A DNA stretch of 64,000 nucleotides. Source: Patescibacteria group bacterium. Lineage in GTDB: Bacteria; Patescibacteriota; Patescibacteriia; GWA2-46-9. Location: NCBI GenBank assembly GCA_041675205.1, contig JBAYUF010000003.1, positions 26,172 through 90,171 on the forward strand. Direction: 5' to 3'. The translations under genes were made by a program, and so were the position numbers. Below are positions 60,566-64,000 of the stretch, one piece after another (the first letter of the stretch is position 1; the number at the start of each line of letters is the position of its first letter). The notes under the pieces were generated by a model, which searched no databases, was not told the DNA's origin, and was given only the letters and a program-made list of their open reading frames with translations.

Positions 60566-63500
60566 TGAATCAGAACGGGTCAGTAACACAAGAAGTACTG
60601 AGCGGGTGGCAGCAATTGCTGGAACACCCGGTTCGTATGGGCATCCTTTTGGGGGTGCTCATCGTCGGTATTTTTTTAAACGGGGTTCCCTTTAGTCGTG
60701 GTGGCGCTCCGTCGACGTTTATTCAGAGCAGTTGGACTGGTGGTGTGCGGGCTTCAGAAATTACAGGCGGGAACAGCTCAACCACGTATGCGTCAGTAAC
60801 GAATCTGACTGCCGCGGCAAACGTACAACTTACTTCAAGTGGTGGCAGTCGTACACACACAACTCAGGCAGATTTTGACGGAACGAAAACTGGCACAACA
60901 GTTCTGAGTGGCGGATCAGTTGTACTTGATGGCGATACTTCGTGGGTGAATAAAAGTTTTCCGGCGGGCGTTACGCTTGGAGACGGGGCGACAATGGCCG
61001 CTGCACCGTGCAGCAATAACGCCGGCGTTTCAAATTGTCTCTATGTCTTCATTGGTGGGCTCTCTAAAACTCTTTTGAAGTACGACACCATCACTGCTTC
61101 TTTTCCAGCGGCGCAGCCGCCTAGTTTTGGTGTCGGAAGCAACACGAATCCTGTAGGGGTCACCCTTGGTGCCACTATGACCTATGTGCGTGTTGGCAAT
61201 AATGATTTCATCTACGCCAGTAATGGGGGTGGTAACCTTTATCGCTATCTCATCGGTGGGAGCACGTGGGAGAAAATGAAAAACCCGAATAGGCAAGTGT
61301 CGCGTGGAGGCAGTTATGTTTGGAATCAGGGTACGAAGATTTATCACATCAGTGGTGGTAACACGAACAATTTTGAAGTGTATAACACCGCGACGGATAA
61401 TTGGTCGAATCTTACTGGCCCTGGCGGTGGTCTATTAATTCCCGACGGAAGTACTGCCGCTTTTAATCCGATAGATGGGTACCTGTACGTAGCGCTTGGC
61501 GGAACGCAGCGAGTGTATCGCTATAACCAGAGTGTTTGGGATAGTGGCTATGCAACGGCACCCCATGTTTTTAATGTCGGCAGCAGCATGGCGGTTGCTG
61601 ATAATTTTTCCGGTGGCAATCCAAGTAAACTAGTGTTCACACTTTCTGGGGGAACAGCGTCGACCAGTAACGCTCTTGCCATGAGGAACGCCTCTCAAAC
61701 TTGGGTGTCTGCCGGTCCGGTGCTCGGCGCCTCTAACGGTGGAGCGTTGGCCTACACTTCGTCAGCACGAACATTCTTTGCCTTTAAGGGTACGGGGGCA
61801 ACGACATTTCAACAGCTGAAAGTTGTTCCGTCGTCTGCTACATACACCTCGAAATCGATTGATTTTGGAGCACCGCAAGCGTATACAACGGTCAATCTTG
61901 ATATAACCGGTACGGGGGTTACAACTACGTTTGAAATACAAGGAAGCATAGACAACACGAGCTGGACTGCGTATAAGAATATCCCACTAGCAGCAGGTAT
62001 AAGTGGTTCGATTGCCGTTACCGAAACACAAGGTTATCGCTACCTTCGATATCGCATAACGTTGACCCCTGATCTGACCACGACCATTACGCCAGCATTT
62101 GAGGTGCAACGAGTGGCCTTGAACTATGCCGGTTATCAACTGGCAGGCTCGCTTGTTTCTACACCGTATAAAATGGGTGTCGCCACCGACGCGCCTGCTA
62201 TTAAAAGTATTGCGTGGCTAGAATCTATCCCTGCAGCCAGTGCTTCTAGGGTCGGTTTACAGCTGCGCACGAAGGCTGGCGCAACTTTTGGTAGTGACGA
62301 GTGGTATGGTCCAACGAACGAATCGGGACAGATATTTTACTCCACTGATCCGTCGTGCCAGCGCAACGCCTCGGGAGCGGCCTACCGAGTTACTTGCACA
62401 GTCCAACCATCGAGCCGACTAAATGATACTGGGGTAACGCACTTCCAATATAATTTACTACTGGAGTCAGATGGTAAAACGACGCCGACCGTTACAAGTG
62501 TCGAAGTAACCTATGGTACCAACTCATCGCCAACGGTTACTGTAAAGAGCGCCAGCCAGGACAGCAGTGGTACGTTTACGGTTGAATATACTGTTACTGA
62601 CGACGACGAGAGTGCATTTGATGTGGGCTTGTTTTACGACAGAGGTATAACGCTACTTGGTCAGACGGACGCCGCTTCCGGTGTAATCACTGTGGCAAGT
62701 GAGACAAGCTTAGCAGCCATAATGCCGAATGAAGGGGTTATCGCTATAGGGGACGAACAAATTGTCTACGAGGGCATAAGTGGCAACTCATTTCTGACAA
62801 GTGAATCAAATCGAGGTAGTTTCCAAACAACTCCCGCAGAGCATGCCAAGGATGAAATAGTCTGGATTCGGGCGGCAGACCAGCAAATGTCTAATCGTGG
62901 GCTGAATGTGATTGTGGCCGCAACCGGAAACGTAGGTGCCAGTGGAGCACTTTGTGCAAAACAAACAACGTGCACTAAATCTATTTCTTGGGTTCCAAAA
63001 ACTGATGTGGTTGGCGAAGCCTATGCGTCTTCTTCTAATATGCTCCGGGTGCTCATTAACGACATACAAGCAACCCGTAATGTTGGTAGCGCCGAACTTG
63101 CTTCTTCCATTACGCTCGATACAAAAGCCCCTGTACTTGTTGCTGATTCAATTACTTTAGTTGGTTCCAGTGTGTCCACAACAACAACAGGTTTTAAAAC
63201 TAATAGCCAAAATGTTTTATTGGCGATTTTGCCGCCTGACTCAACAGGGGATAACAGTGCGAGTCTCAATAAGTACTCGATTTGCGTTGATACACCAAGT
63301 AATCAAACGTGCGGCACACCATTAGCTTCTGTATTGCGAAGTGGTAGCTTACTTTGGTCTCAAGCCGTTAGCTTTTCTACGAACACCTCTTGCCCGGGTG
63401 GGGCTGATGCTGGTGCAGGGTGTCGCGCGTGGACGTTACCGACAACGGGTTATGTAACCATTCATATGGCGGCGATTGATGACGTTGGCAACATTCGAGG

Positions 63501-64000
63501 TAAACGGGAAAAGAGCATTATGGTTGACAAGACCGCACCGCCCTCAATTGCTCAATTTGCGGGGCAGGACGCGTCGAACAACAGCGTTGGTAAACTCATC
63601 TATCTTAGTTGGCAGGCCTTACAGGCAAGTGCGGTTCAAGACGCCTCAGGCGGAAGCGATTTCACTGAGTTTCAGATTTATCGAAACAATCTTTCTGGCT
63701 GCGCAACCCCAGCAACATTTTGTCTGTTGACGACGCTTACCAGTTTGAACGCGACCAGTCACGCCGATTCAAATAATCTTGATGCTAATACTTCATATCA
63801 ATACAAAATTCTTGCTACTGACAACATCGGTAACGTTTCTTCCACCTTAGCCGCCGCACCAACCACAGCGCCCATCACACCAAATCCAACCGGGCTCGAG
63901 GTACCTCCGCCACCCGTCATTTCAAGCGCGCAAGTTGTTTCTTTTTCTACGAATTCAGCAGTTATTAGTTGGAGTACGGGAACAACAGACGCCGACGCAA
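60566..64000 (+). CDS. giant cell-surface protein (partial, >1140 aa; 3' end beyond window) with beta-propeller/Kelch-like and Ig/FN3-like repeats
   Basis: ATG at 60566 opens a frame with no stop through to 64000, hand-translated: MNQNGSVTQEVLSGWQQLLEHPVRMGILLGVLIVGIFLNG... It is absent from the ORF track because it has no stop inside the window. N-terminal TM followed by Gly/Thr/Ser/Asn-rich beta-repeat sequence (e.g. IYHISGGNTNNFEVYNTATDNWS). Confidence 0.6.

Noticed and set aside
61030-63269. Minus-strand ORFs (61030-61347, 62766-62975, 62806-63069, 63021-63269) and small plus-strand ORFs inside 60566-64000
   Set aside because: All lie within, and out of frame with, the single continuous plus-strand reading frame of the giant surface protein.

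Overview
This 64 kb window comes from a bacterium with ~50% GC. Genes are tightly packed, often overlapping by 1-30 nt, and most are core housekeeping genes.

Housekeeping content, in order:
- secE-nusG-rplK-rplA on the minus strand next to gyrB
- an FtsW/RodA-type gene, a solitary GC-rich leuA, rplY, prfA-prmC and rpmE
- rpsB-tsf-gap-pgk-(enolase-like)-gpmI
- mutM, mltG, pyrH, and rplJ-rplL preceded by a leader region
- mraZ-rsmH-ftsL-ftsI-murF
- hrcA-grpE-dnaK-DUF3467-dnaJ with a canonical promoter and CIRCE operator
- cysS, a VirD4/TraG-like ATPase, dnaX, metK, a DsbA-VKOR pair, uppS
- a type IV pilin-like gene cluster, and a giant surface-protein ORF that runs off the 3' end of the window
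- three tRNAs: Glu-CTC, Gln-CTG and Pro-GGG

The fragmented ribosomal-protein clusters, short EF-Ts, pilins and VirD4-like ATPase are reminiscent of Patescibacteria/CPR (Saccharibacteria-like) genomes, but that is inference only.

The standout is a ~3.1 kb accessory locus immediately 3' of tRNA-Glu (31.2-34.3 kb) with no housekeeping genes. It contains:
- a perfect 20-bp direct duplication of the tRNA 3' end plus an inverted T-arm fragment (att-like scar)
- several short repeat families showing compensatory hairpin changes
- a tandem array of ~152-bp three-hairpin units with conserved stems and variable internal-loop strands
- a GC-rich IS110-family (DEDD, bridge-RNA-type) transposase gene embedded between near-identical array units

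Other notable items are a leucine-rich leader peptide with an attenuator-like structure in front of leuA, an enolase-like ORF with degenerate catalytic residues inside the glycolytic operon, and compositional (high-GC) patches that coincide with leuA, the enolase-like gene and the IS110 gene.
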